Below, one piece after another: positions 1 through 8,950 of a stretch of 37,984 nucleotides of DNA (position 1 is its first letter; every line of letters starts with the position of its first letter). The DNA lies in assembly GCA_964528065.1 (NCBI GenBank), contig CAZGRD010000003.1, positions 1 to 37,984 of the forward strand. The letters run 5' to 3'. This DNA is from an uncultured Candidatus Saccharibacteria bacterium (lineage in GTDB: Bacteria; Patescibacteriota; Minisyncoccia; UBA6257; GWB1-50-10). Both the position numbers and the translations under genes were made by a program. The notes beneath the pieces were generated by a model that was not told the origin of the DNA, did no database searches, and worked only from the letters and a program-made list of their open reading frames with translations.

Positions 1-1182
1 TATGATCCTGGGGACAAGGGATTCGTATTCTTCCTTTGTGTATTGTTTGTTGAGGATGCAGTATTGTTTGTTGCGGAGGCCGACGCAGGCGAAACAGTCG
101 GAAATGGATTGGCAGTGGTCCGTGAAATAAACATCTCGAAAACCACCAAGACCGCTTACCGTAAAATTCACGCCGTAACTATCCTCTGCGCCACCAGAAA
201 CAGATTCATAAATTAATTGAGTACCGCGGCCAATGTGATTTACGTCCATACAGTCTTTGGCCTTAAGACAACGCGCTGCGTAAGAAACATTTTCCATTTC
301 AAAAGAGTTAAAAGCATACTTCACGTTCCGACAATCCCTTAGATCGTGACCCAAACTATTTTGGCAATTGGTTACTTGAGCGTATTTATGCAAGGAACGC
401 CGCACCAGTTCTCTAAATTGTCGCCTAACCGACTCCGTAGCTTGAAAACCCTCATCCAAACTTTTGATTTTCTTAAGGTACTCATCTCGTGTAAGTTGTT
501 TATTTTCAAAACAATACTCTTTCCCGCGCAGGTTGGAACAGAGAAAACAGTTTTTGCAGTTCACGCAGTCAAACAGAAAGGAAGAATCAATGCAATCACG
601 GCTGTAGAGAAAGTATTTGCAGTTATAATTGTGCGAACCCATTATAACCTCGGCGCACAATTCAGAGTTTTGGACATCCAAGCAATCAAACACCCACCTG
701 GAGTCATCTATGTTTTTGGAAAAATATACGCTCTCCGCTTTAATAACTGAGTAGGAAAGATAAATATCGGAATTATCCCGGCTAAAATTAGAAAATTCTC
801 CACCACGTACATTAGTTTGCCAAAGGTTTTGCTTGGGGACACGCCCAAGTAGTTCTTGGAATTGAACGAAAAACGGGCGACCCCAGTCCAATCCCAGACC
901 GTAGGACAAGGGGTCCCACTTGTCCGACCACCAACACTCCCGGCAATATATCGGAAACGAATGATTTTCCCTGTCGAACATGGAGATAACTCTATGGCCG
1001 CATAAATCACACGGTAGCTTGTATAGGGCACGTTCATTTCGCCAAACCATCCGACGAATCATCCGGCACTCCGGGCACCACGTCGGGGGCGGGACATTTA
1101 TTTTCTTATAGAAATTGAAATCTTCCGGTTCAACAACGAAACTCTGCTTACAATTTTGACACTGTTTCGTCTCTGAATTCAT
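1..1182 (-). CDS. Cys-rich multi-zinc-ribbon protein, paralog of the adjacent 556-aa gene (C-terminal end runs off the window)
   Basis: Absent from the supplied ORF track. Hand translation of the minus strand from the ATG at 1182..1180 gives MNSETKQCQNCKQSFVVEPEDFNFYKKINVPPPTWCPECRMIRRMVWRNERALYKLPCDLCGH...CFACVGLRNKQYCILNKQYTKEEYESLVPRII. It is stop-free for 394 codons down to base 1 and collinear with the neighbouring 556-aa protein. Start and stop overlap as ATGA at 1179..1182. Confidence 0.7.
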   Translation of the reverse strand, partial: MNSETKQCQNCKQSFVVEPEDFNFYKKINVPPPTWCPECRMIRRMVWRNERALYKLPCDLCGHRVISMFDRENHSFPIYCRECWWSDKWDPLSYGLGLDWGRPFFVQFQELLGRVPKQNLWQTNVRGGEFSNFSRDNSDIYLSYSVIKAESVYFSKNIDDSRWVFDCLDVQNSELCAEVIMGSHNYNCKYFLYSRDCIDSSFLFDCVNCKNCFLCSNLRGKEYCFENKQLTRDEYLKKIKSLDEGFQATESVRRQFRELVRRSLHKYAQVTNCQNSLGHDLRDCRNVKYAFNSFEMENVSYAARCLKAKDCMDVNHIGRGTQLIYESVSGGAEDSYGVNFTVSGLGGFRDVYFTDHCQSISDCFACVGLRNKQYCILNKQYTKEEYESLVPRII

Positions 1183-2849
1183 GCTATTTCCGCATTGTAA
1201 CAGGTTTCACAGTAGACAATCTCGGGCCTTTCGGGGGCATAAGGAGTTTCGAATTTGTTCTGACAGCCGGGTTTCATGCACCTCCGGTGCCACAAATTCC
1301 GCGGCGGGCGCAATTTAAGCCTCCGCATATAGCGACAATCGGGACATAACCGCGGAATTGGAAGGCTCTCCCGGCGATAAAAGACCAGTTCGGGTCTTAG
1401 AATGTTGTAGTTTTTGCGGCAATTCGCACAAACCAAAGCTTCTTTCAAAATATCGTCGGACACTTCCCCGATATCATCCGGAATTTCTTCCAATCTCAAA
1501 GTTTCTTTGCCGAATGTCCCCGGTACGCGGTCTTCCCACCTATATCCCCTCGTTATTGCTTCTTCTTTACTGAGAGGCATATAAACGTTTCCTTGAGTCT
1601 CGTTGTAACCGAACGGCGAAAAACGTGCCGGAAAGAATTCACCGAATTCTTTCGTCTTTTTCATATGAGCGATGATTTTGTTTCTAAGAACTCGGTATTC
1701 GTCTTCCGAATATCGTTTGTTGAGAATACAAAACTTACCCTGTTTCACACCGACACATCCAAAAAGGTCCTCGCCGTTGTGGCAGTCGTCACAATAAGTA
1801 AGACGCGCATTGTTGTAACTGAAATGCACGAAACGGCAATCATAGTCGTAAGTCATGCCGTGGCCTTCGTAAATCAGTTCGCAGCCGAAACCAACGTGAT
1901 AGAAGTCCATGGAATCCTTCATATCGGTACAAAGAGTCGCGTACTTTACATCTTCAACGTTGTCGGCATCGAAAACGAAGTGGGAATTTTTGGAGTTGAT
2001 AATCATATTCCCGGAAACATCCGCGGATTTTTCGATAACCGCGAAGCGATGAATGCCGTTTTTCACCAAATCCAGCCACTGTTTATAAAGTCCGTCACGA
2101 GTTTGCTGGGAAGTAAGCTTGTATTCTTTTACCTTTTTCTCGTAATCTTCCTTGGAATAAGGTTTGTTCAAAAAATAATGTTGCCTGCCCCGCAGGTTCG
2201 ACGACAAAAAGCAGTTGGAGCAGTTCCGACAGTCAAAGCAATAAAGACAATCGGTGCAGTCGCGAAGACGAACGCCGTATTGGCAACCGTAACATCTTTC
2301 GGAATCAACAAGCTCGTAGACACGCTCGGCAACACCCAAAACGTGGTAACAGTCGCTGCTGTCCTTTTTAATACCGCCCCACATATTCGTTGAGTACAAA
2401 ATATTCTCCGAATCGAATGTTCCGAAACATAAATAGCAATTTTTGTTGTCGGAGGAATGATGAGTGTAATCAGCATTCACGCTATTTTTGGAGAGAAGAG
2501 CGATACGCGGTACCCGGAGCTGCAGTTCATAAAATTGCTCAAAAAAGTTTTTCGAGAAATCAAAATCACGGCCATAATCGGTGCCGTCCCATTTATCCGA
2601 CCAAAAACAGAGCGTGCAGTAAATTTTATAGGGTTTGTTCGAAGAGTAAATCGTAACTACATTCTTCCTGCAAAGGTCGCAATCGCGCCGATATAAAACC
2701 CGCTCATTGCGCCACGCATAACGCCTTTGCTGACGACAATCGGGACATAAAGTCGGCGGCGGGACGTCTATTTTCTTGTAAAAATCGAAATCTTCGGATT
2801 CCATTACAAAATCCTTCTTACAGTTCCGGCAAATTTTCTTTTCGGACAT
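1179..2849 (-). CDS. Cys-rich multi-zinc-ribbon protein (family unknown to me)
   Basis: 556-aa ORF with about 34 Cys by my count. The N-terminal module is CRNCKKDF..FY..PPPTLCPDCRQQRR. It recurs at the C-terminus as CANCRKNY..FY..PIPRLCPDCRYMRR, followed by VYCETCY. The central region has CxxC runs (DCTDCLYCFDCRNCSNCF). Sits 3 nt downstream of the mnmA stop. Confidence 0.75.
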   Translation of the reverse strand: MSEKKICRNCKKDFVMESEDFDFYKKIDVPPPTLCPDCRQQRRYAWRNERVLYRRDCDLCRKNVVTIYSSNKPYKIYCTLCFWSDKWDGTDYGRDFDFSKNFFEQFYELQLRVPRIALLSKNSVNADYTHHSSDNKNCYLCFGTFDSENILYSTNMWGGIKKDSSDCYHVLGVAERVYELVDSERCYGCQYGVRLRDCTDCLYCFDCRNCSNCFLSSNLRGRQHYFLNKPYSKEDYEKKVKEYKLTSQQTRDGLYKQWLDLVKNGIHRFAVIEKSADVSGNMIINSKNSHFVFDADNVEDVKYATLCTDMKDSMDFYHVGFGCELIYEGHGMTYDYDCRFVHFSYNNARLTYCDDCHNGEDLFGCVGVKQGKFCILNKRYSEDEYRVLRNKIIAHMKKTKEFGEFFPARFSPFGYNETQGNVYMPLSKEEAITRGYRWEDRVPGTFGKETLRLEEIPDDIGEVSDDILKEALVCANCRKNYNILRPELVFYRRESLPIPRLCPDCRYMRRLKLRPPRNLWHRRCMKPGCQNKFETPYAPERPEIVYCETCYNAEIA

Positions 2850-2852
2850 TAC

Positions 2853-4094
2853 CTAAATAATAACACCGCCGCCCAAAAGTTCACCTTCCTCGGAGTAAAA
2901 AACCGCCGATTGACCCGGGGCAACGAATTTCTGAGGCTCTTTAAAGGTTAACTTTATTCCTGATTCGTTACTCATGATTCTTGCCTCGGCCGGCGGCTGG
3001 CGATAACGAACACGCACTAAAACATCCTTTCGCCAATTCGCGCCGGAGATCCCGAGCAATATCGAGGGACAAATTGTTCCAGGAAAATCCGGGTTTATAA
3101 AACTGACGTGCGCAAGATCAACTTCTCCTTTATACAAAGCCGGATTGTCGCTGCCCTCGGCAACGACAACGGTGTTCGTTTTCACGTCTTTGGCCGCCAC
3201 GTAATGCGGCTTCGTTTCGTGCCGTCCCCCGATTCGCGATTTATAATTTGAAATTCCAATGTGCCGCTGACCGATGGTATAAAACCCCGCCCCGTCGTGC
3301 TCGCCCACTTTTTCGCCGGCCGTCGTGAGAACTTTTCCCTTCTCCGCCGGAATGCGTTTTTTCAGGAAATCCCGCAGACTGACTTTTCCCAAAAAACAAA
3401 TCCCCTGCGAATCCTTCTTCTCGGCCGTCGGCAACCCGGCCCGTCTCGCCATCTCCCTCACCTCACTCTTCAAATAATCGCCGATTGGAAAAAGACAATG
3501 CTTCAGCTGGTCTTGGACCAAAGTCCAGAGAAAATAAGATTGGTCTTTGTTTTTATCTTTGGCTTCAAATAAGTTTAGCAAGCCGGCATTTTCTTGAGAG
3601 AAGCTCTCGGAACTCTCGCGGGCTTGGTCTCCAAAGGAGCCGCGAGAGCGAGAGCGCAGGTCGGCTTCGGCCGCTGGAGCCGAAGAACGACCGGTTCTCG
3701 AAAGAGAATGACGGCGAAGCTTAACATAGTGTCCGGTCGCCACATAATCCGCGCCCAAAGACAACGCTTTTTCCAAAAACAACCCGAATTTTATCTCCTT
3801 GTTGCACATCACGTCCGGATTGGGCGTAATTCCCCGTTTATAGCCCTCAACCATATACTCCACCACTCTCTGCTTATACTCTTTTTCGAAATTAAAAACG
3901 TAGAAGGGAATATTCAGATGAGCTGCCACCCGGCGGGCATCCGTCGCATCGCGTTCGGCACAGCCGTCAAGGTTATAGCAGCGCATGAAAACACCGGTCA
4001 CATCATAGCCGGCATCGCGCAAAAGAAGAGCGGCAACCGATGAGTCCACTCCGCCCGACATCGCGACATACGCTTTTTTCCCATTGCTTGACAT
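2853..4094 (-). CDS. mnmA: tRNA 2-thiouridine(34) synthase MnmA
   Basis: PP-loop motif AMSGGVDSS near the N-terminus. Catalytic Cys contexts NPDVMCNKEIKF and DSQGICFLG. KDQSYFL motif and C-terminal PGQSAVFY..GGG. Confidence 0.9.
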   Translation of the reverse strand: MSSNGKKAYVAMSGGVDSSVAALLLRDAGYDVTGVFMRCYNLDGCAERDATDARRVAAHLNIPFYVFNFEKEYKQRVVEYMVEGYKRGITPNPDVMCNKEIKFGLFLEKALSLGADYVATGHYVKLRRHSLSRTGRSSAPAAEADLRSRSRGSFGDQARESSESFSQENAGLLNLFEAKDKNKDQSYFLWTLVQDQLKHCLFPIGDYLKSEVREMARRAGLPTAEKKDSQGICFLGKVSLRDFLKKRIPAEKGKVLTTAGEKVGEHDGAGFYTIGQRHIGISNYKSRIGGRHETKPHYVAAKDVKTNTVVVAEGSDNPALYKGEVDLAHVSFINPDFPGTICPSILLGISGANWRKDVLVRVRYRQPPAEARIMSNESGIKLTFKEPQKFVAPGQSAVFYSEEGELLGGGVII

Positions 4095-4102
4095 CCATTA
4101 GC

Positions 4103-4131
4103 ATTATTATTTAAACTTCTTAGTGCGTCAA
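4103..4131 (-). promoter_or_regulatory. Candidate mnmA promoter: TTGACG-17-AATAAT, with the -10 box 8 nt from the ATG
   Basis: Read on the minus strand: TTGACG (4131..4126), 17-nt spacer, AATAAT (4108..4103), GCTAATGG, then the ATG at 4094. No Shine-Dalgarno sequence. Confidence 0.35.
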
Positions 4132-4151
4132 TTATAAATTCTTAAAGAACA

Positions 4152-4721
4152 ATGTTGTCGTATAACGAACTAAAAATCGGAATGCTTTTCGTGAAAGACG
4201 GCGAGCCGTACGAGGTTTTGGAGTACGCGTTCGTAAGGATGCAGCAACGGAAACCCGTCGCTCAGCTCAAAATCAAAAACCTGATATCCGGCAAGGTTAT
4301 GCCTTACACCGCCCACCAGAATGAAAGTTTTGGGGAAGCGGAAATCGAGATAACGCCGGTCCAGTTCATTTACCACAACCGGGGTGAATATTGGTTTCAT
4401 GAAGTGGGAAAACCGAGCACCCGGTTTCTTTTGACGGACGAGGTTTTGAATGAGACCGGCAAGTATCTCAGGCCGGGAACGGAAGTAAAAGCATTTAAAT
4501 TCGGCGACAAAATAATAAATGTTGAGCCGCCGATTAAAGTTGAACTTAAAGTCGCCGAGGCGCCGCCTTCGATAAGAGGCAACACCGCCCAGGGCGGCAC
4601 CAAAACCGCGATACTGGAAACCGGCGCCAAAGTAAGCGTCCCGCTTTTTATAAACGCGGGAGATGTAATCCGCGTAAATACGAGAACGGGAGATTACGTA
4701 GAACGAGCGGAAAAAAATTAA
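4152..4721 (+). CDS. efp: Elongation factor P
   Basis: 189 aa. N-terminus is MLSYNELKIGMLF.KDGEPYEV. Three-domain EF-P length and layout, with GDVIRVNTRTGDYVERA at the C-terminus. Confidence 0.85.
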   Translation: MLSYNELKIGMLFVKDGEPYEVLEYAFVRMQQRKPVAQLKIKNLISGKVMPYTAHQNESFGEAEIEITPVQFIYHNRGEYWFHEVGKPSTRFLLTDEVLNETGKYLRPGTEVKAFKFGDKIINVEPPIKVELKVAEAPPSIRGNTAQGGTKTAILETGAKVSVPLFINAGDVIRVNTRTGDYVERAEKN

Positions 4722-6562
4722 GAACCTTCGGCTGACTTCTTGAGCGCGTCTTCAAGAGCACCTCGAAGACCTTCTATATCAACAGGAGTTTTGGTTTCGG
4801 GTTGGTGGGTTCTTTTCTTTTCTTCCAGCGGTTTTAGCTCGCTCAAGCTCACTCCTTTTTCAACCTCCTCGATGCCCGCCTCGCCGCCCCTTACAATCGA
4901 ACCGAAATGGGGACGGGCTTGTTGTTGTTCTCTCATCGGCGGCCTCCAATCGTTTCTTTCCCTGTCCTTGCGTCTTCTGTTTTTCCCAGCCGGCGGGGTG
5001 CTCTGTTCTTTTTTAATTTCCGTTTTCGAGTCAAACTCGATTCCCAGTCCGGATAAATCCGTCATATACTCTCCCCTGGTTTTCCCGCGGAAACTTGATT
5101 CCGTGGGCAAAGGCTTCAATTCTCCTTCTTCGATCTTCGCGTAACAATCGCTGCAGTAAACGGGCCGGCCGGGCGTCGGTTCGAACGGCACTTCCGCTTC
5201 TTTGCCGCAGATTGAACAGACGGTTTTGAATTTGTCCTGAGGCATCCCCGATTCGGTCCATTTGATAATTTCGTCTTCCACCACCTGCTGGGGTCTTCCG
5301 TACCGCTTGCGGGAATTTTTGATGATTTCTTCTTGGGTAACAAAAGAAGCGTTAACGTTGAAGGGCGGCAGAGTCAGCGCCGAAAACGGCCGGCAAGTCA
5401 CGCCGTTTACCATCAGCTTCAGGTAAACGTGGTAATTGGGGAGATTTACCAAATCCTGCTGGGTGAGTTCAGGCGTAAACTCGGTTTCCAAAAATTCGGC
5501 GTCAGCCGCTCCTATCCGGAAAATAATCATGGTACCCACGTTGCCGAAAACGGCGTCCCTCACTTTCGTGGAAACACTTGAGGAAAAATCGGTTACAAGC
5601 TGGCCTATATACTGGTGAGCGATGGTAAGATTCAGGCGGTATTTTCTCGCCTCCGAAAGAATCCCCGCAAAGCTGTCGGTCGCGAAATTCTGAAACTCGT
5701 CGACGTAAAGATAAAAATCCACCCGTTCCTCTTCCGTAATTCTGACTCGCTCCATTGCCGCAAGCTGGATTTTGGTGATAATCATCGCTCCCAGAAGAGC
5801 GGAGTTATCCTCGCCGATTCTTCCTTTGGAAACGTTAACGAGGAATATTTTTCCCTGGTTCATAATGTCGAAGATATCAATCGTGCTTTTCGATTGGCCG
5901 ACGATGTTTCTGATGAGAGCGGTGGAAAGAAACTGACCGACTTTGTTCTGAATTGGGGCAATGGCTTCGTTCCGGAATTGGTCCCGCCATTCCTCGAATT
6001 CGTGAATCCAAAAAGATTTGATCACCGGGTCTTTGACGTTCGCAACAACCTTCTGCCGATATTCTTTGTCAACCAAAATTCTCGTGACGCCCAAAAGGGT
6101 GCTGCCCGGCGTGTCTAAGAGCGCAAGAATCGCGTTGTTCAAAATGTATTCCATTCTGGCCGACCAAACGTTCGCCCAGATTTTCGTAAAAATCCCCATC
6201 AGACCCGAAGCGACTAAATGCTTGTACTTCGGGTCGGGCAACTCGAGAATATTGAATCCGACATGGTACTCGGTATCGGCCGGATTGAAATAAATGACGT
6301 CGTCGATTCTTTCTTTGGGAATCTTGGTGATAATTTCCTCGACGAGCTCGCCGTGAGGATCAACAACGCAAACACCTTCGCCGTTCGCGATGTCCTGAAT
6401 AATCATGTTGTGAAGGAGAGCGGATTTTCCGGTACCGGTTTTACCGATTACGTAAGTGTGCTGCCTTCGGTCTTTGCGCTTTACGCCAAAAAGCCGGTTG
6501 GAGTTCCGAAAATTCGTCCGGCCCAGATAAATAACGTCTTTCTCGTCCGTAAGAACCGCCAT
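4718..6562 (-). CDS. TraD/VirD4/TrwB-like P-loop ATPase (type IV coupling-protein-like) with a C-terminal zinc ribbon and disordered tail
   Basis: Walker A GKTGTGKS at about residue 41. Walker B-like FYLYVDEFQNF, then LTIAHQY. No N-terminal hydrophobic helices. C-terminal CSICGKEAEVPFEPTPGRPVYCSDCY, followed by an R/K/E-rich tail. Confidence 0.65.
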   Translation of the reverse strand: MAVLTDEKDVIYLGRTNFRNSNRLFGVKRKDRRQHTYVIGKTGTGKSALLHNMIIQDIANGEGVCVVDPHGELVEEIITKIPKERIDDVIYFNPADTEYHVGFNILELPDPKYKHLVASGLMGIFTKIWANVWSARMEYILNNAILALLDTPGSTLLGVTRILVDKEYRQKVVANVKDPVIKSFWIHEFEEWRDQFRNEAIAPIQNKVGQFLSTALIRNIVGQSKSTIDIFDIMNQGKIFLVNVSKGRIGEDNSALLGAMIITKIQLAAMERVRITEEERVDFYLYVDEFQNFATDSFAGILSEARKYRLNLTIAHQYIGQLVTDFSSSVSTKVRDAVFGNVGTMIIFRIGAADAEFLETEFTPELTQQDLVNLPNYHVYLKLMVNGVTCRPFSALTLPPFNVNASFVTQEEIIKNSRKRYGRPQQVVEDEIIKWTESGMPQDKFKTVCSICGKEAEVPFEPTPGRPVYCSDCYAKIEEGELKPLPTESSFRGKTRGEYMTDLSGLGIEFDSKTEIKKEQSTPPAGKNRRRKDRERNDWRPPMREQQQARPHFGSIVRGGEAGIEEVEKGVSLSELKPLEEKKRTHQPETKTPVDIEGLRGALEDALKKSAEGS

Positions 6563-6588
6563 CTTTACTGTATTTTACATTTTATTCT

Positions 6589-7629
6589 CTAATCTATCAA
6601 TCGGCCGACGTCCTGGATGGTTATCAAAACCATAAGGACCAAAAGAAGAACGAAGCCAAAAGCGTTGATGGCGGTTTGAACCTTCCGGGAAATCGGCTTC
6701 ATTCTTATCTTCTCGATGATAAGCAGGAGAAAACGACCGCCGTCCAAAGCCGGAAAGGGAATAAGGTTCAAGACGGCAAGGTTCACCGAAATGAAGGCCA
6801 TGAGTTCAAAAAGATACACGAAGCCCAAAGAGCCGGCCTGCGAGGCGAGCGCAACGATGCCGACCGGCCCGGCAACGGTTTCAAGCACTCCGGGCTGAAC
6901 TACGAGTTTAAGAAAAAAATCGACGAAGCTCACCGCTACCAGTTTCAGAGTGGAAACCGTTATCTGAAATCCCTTAACGAAACTTTTCCCAAAAGATTCG
7001 CCGGCAAATCCCACGTCAACCAAACTTACCCCTAGAGGGCCCTGGCCTTCCGGAGGATTTTCCCTGCCTTTTAAACTTACGCCGAAAACGTCTTCTCCTC
7101 TCATGATTTCGAGCTCTAAAGTTTCGGCGGACACGGCATTCACCAAACCGATGAATTCACCGCTCGGAACCGGGTCGTCGAGAACAACCTCGCCGCTTTT
7201 TGCCGTAAGAACAATATCGCCTTCTTTAAGACCCGCCTCGTAGGCAGGCGAATCCGGCAAAACTTGGGCGATAAAAAGGTGGCTGGGAGCGCCGGCAAAA
7301 AAAACGGCGCTAAAAACGAGCCATCCCAAAACAACGTTCATAAAAACTCCGGCGAGAATGATGACCGAACGGCGCCATACCGGCTCGGCTGAAAAACTTT
7401 TCGGCGTCCGCTCGTCGCTGTCCTCGCCGAAAATTTTTACAAAACCGCCGAAGGGCAGGAGATTCAAGCTGTAGAGCGTTTCCCCGAACTTTTTGGCGAA
7501 AAGCCGCGGAGGAAAACCGAGTCCGAATTCTTCAACCTTCACGCCGAAAATTTTGGCGGAGGCAAAATGGCCGAATTCGTGAACGAGAATAAGAACCGAC
7601 AGGCTGATTACAACGACGAGGATAATCAC
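6589..7629 (-). CDS. rseP: M50 site-2 protease (RseP/RIP metalloprotease)
   Basis: HEFGHF (HExxH) in the first TM helix. PDZ-like middle region. NLIPFPALDGG motif near the C-terminus. Confidence 0.85.
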   Translation of the reverse strand: MIILVVVISLSVLILVHEFGHFASAKIFGVKVEEFGLGFPPRLFAKKFGETLYSLNLLPFGGFVKIFGEDSDERTPKSFSAEPVWRRSVIILAGVFMNVVLGWLVFSAVFFAGAPSHLFIAQVLPDSPAYEAGLKEGDIVLTAKSGEVVLDDPVPSGEFIGLVNAVSAETLELEIMRGEDVFGVSLKGRENPPEGQGPLGVSLVDVGFAGESFGKSFVKGFQITVSTLKLVAVSFVDFFLKLVVQPGVLETVAGPVGIVALASQAGSLGFVYLFELMAFISVNLAVLNLIPFPALDGGRFLLLIIEKIRMKPISRKVQTAINAFGFVLLLVLMVLITIQDVGRLID

Positions 7630-8183
7630 GATTTTATTTCTTTTATTTTTGCCTCCACGAATTTTTCAATGTCTTCGTTTGCTTTGTCGGTTTCCTCCTG
7701 AACCTTGCCCTTCAACCGGAACTTTCCGTCTTCATCCAAACCGCCTTCCGCTTCCGCCCTCTGAATGGCTTTATTGGCTTCATCCCGAAGATGACGGACC
7801 TGAATGCGGTAATTCTCGGCCACTTTTCTGACGTGCCTTACCAAATCCTCGCGCCTCTCTTCGGAGAGTTCCGGTAGGCTTACTCTTATAATCATTCCGT
7901 CCGCGCTTGCGGACACGCCTAAATCCGAAGCCTCAATGGCTTTTAAAACGCCGGAAACGGCTTCTTTATCCCAAACCTGAACGATGATATTCCTCGGCAG
8001 TTCAACGCTCGTCGCCCCCACTTGTTTCAACGGGACAAACTGGCCGTAATAATTTACCTTTAAACCTTCAAGAATGGCCGGATTGGGCCGATTGGTTCTT
8101 ATGCCCTGAAGCTCTTTTCGGAATGTTTCGAGCGTGCTCCCCTTTTTGTTTTTAAAATCGTCCAATATGGTGTTTTCCATCAT
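7626..8183 (-). CDS. frr: Ribosome recycling factor
   Basis: 185 aa. Contains LQGIRTNRPNPAILEGLKVNYYG and LPELSEERREDLVRHVRK, typical of RRF. 4-nt overlap with rseP. Confidence 0.9.
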   Translation of the reverse strand: MMENTILDDFKNKKGSTLETFRKELQGIRTNRPNPAILEGLKVNYYGQFVPLKQVGATSVELPRNIIVQVWDKEAVSGVLKAIEASDLGVSASADGMIIRVSLPELSEERREDLVRHVRKVAENYRIQVRHLRDEANKAIQRAEAEGGLDEDGKFRLKGKVQEETDKANEDIEKFVEAKIKEIKS

Positions 8184-8950
8184 CTAAGTATATATTCTAT
8201 CGCTTTTCGCTGAAGATTTTGATTCAAGTTATACCGCTGAAGCGCCATTTCGCGCTCCATAAGTATACTCAAAACTCCCGAGTTTTTTAAAACCCCGTTG
8301 AAATACAGGGAAATTATCTTGTCGGAAAGAACCGAAAGAAGTTCGTCGTCTTTCTTTTCGCCGGTCTTTTCGGCAAGATTTATCGCTCTCCCAATCCGAT
8401 TGAAGGACTTGCCGGCGATTTCCTCGGCTCTCGATTGCGATACCTTGCAGCGTTCCGTCAAAAATTTTCTGATTTCGGAAACGGAAAAAGACCGAAAGTA
8501 AACCCGAGTCAGACGGGAACGGAGAGGAGCAAAAAGAACCTGAACGTCCTGGGCGATAAAAATTATCATCGCCTTCTCGGGCGGCTCCTCGACAATTTTA
8601 AGGAGCGCGCTTTCGGCCTCGGGCGTGAGAGCTTCGGCGTCCCTTACGACGGCAAGCCGCCTCGGCGACTTGAAAGGCCGGCCGAAAAGAAAGGATTTTA
8701 TTTCTCTTGCGGCGTCCACTCCGATTTTTCTTTTCTCGTCGGGCAGAAAAATCCGCGAATCAATGAGAGGTTTTTCTTCTCCGGCACCGGCTGGGTCGAA
8801 TTCGCCGGATTCGAGAAAAGAAGCAAGGGCGCGGGCGAAGTAAAATTTGCCGATTCCGGAGTAACCGTAGAAAAGGTAGGCGTGGGAAAGATTGTCCGAT
8901 TCGGCGAGCCGGCGAAACAATTCTTTTTTATCCTCGTGGCCGTAAAGCAT
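8180..8950 (-). CDS. holB: DNA polymerase III delta-prime subunit-like clamp-loader protein
   Basis: LSHAYLFYGYSGIGKFYFARALA is a degenerate P-loop typical of delta-prime. The LKIVEEPP motif is present. 256 aa. Confidence 0.7.
   Translation of the reverse strand: MLYGHEDKKELFRRLAESDNLSHAYLFYGYSGIGKFYFARALASFLESGEFDPAGAGEEKPLIDSRIFLPDEKRKIGVDAAREIKSFLFGRPFKSPRRLAVVRDAEALTPEAESALLKIVEEPPEKAMIIFIAQDVQVLFAPLRSRLTRVYFRSFSVSEIRKFLTERCKVSQSRAEEIAGKSFNRIGRAINLAEKTGEKKDDELLSVLSDKIISLYFNGVLKNSGVLSILMEREMALQRYNLNQNLQRKAIEYILR

Noticed and set aside
346-1037. ORF-track entries 346..750(+) and 708..1037(-) in the first kilobase.
   Set aside because: They overlap a 394-codon stop-free minus-strand frame (1..1182) that is clearly paralogous to the adjacent 556-aa protein. 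The listed ORFs are in other frames and have no motifs.
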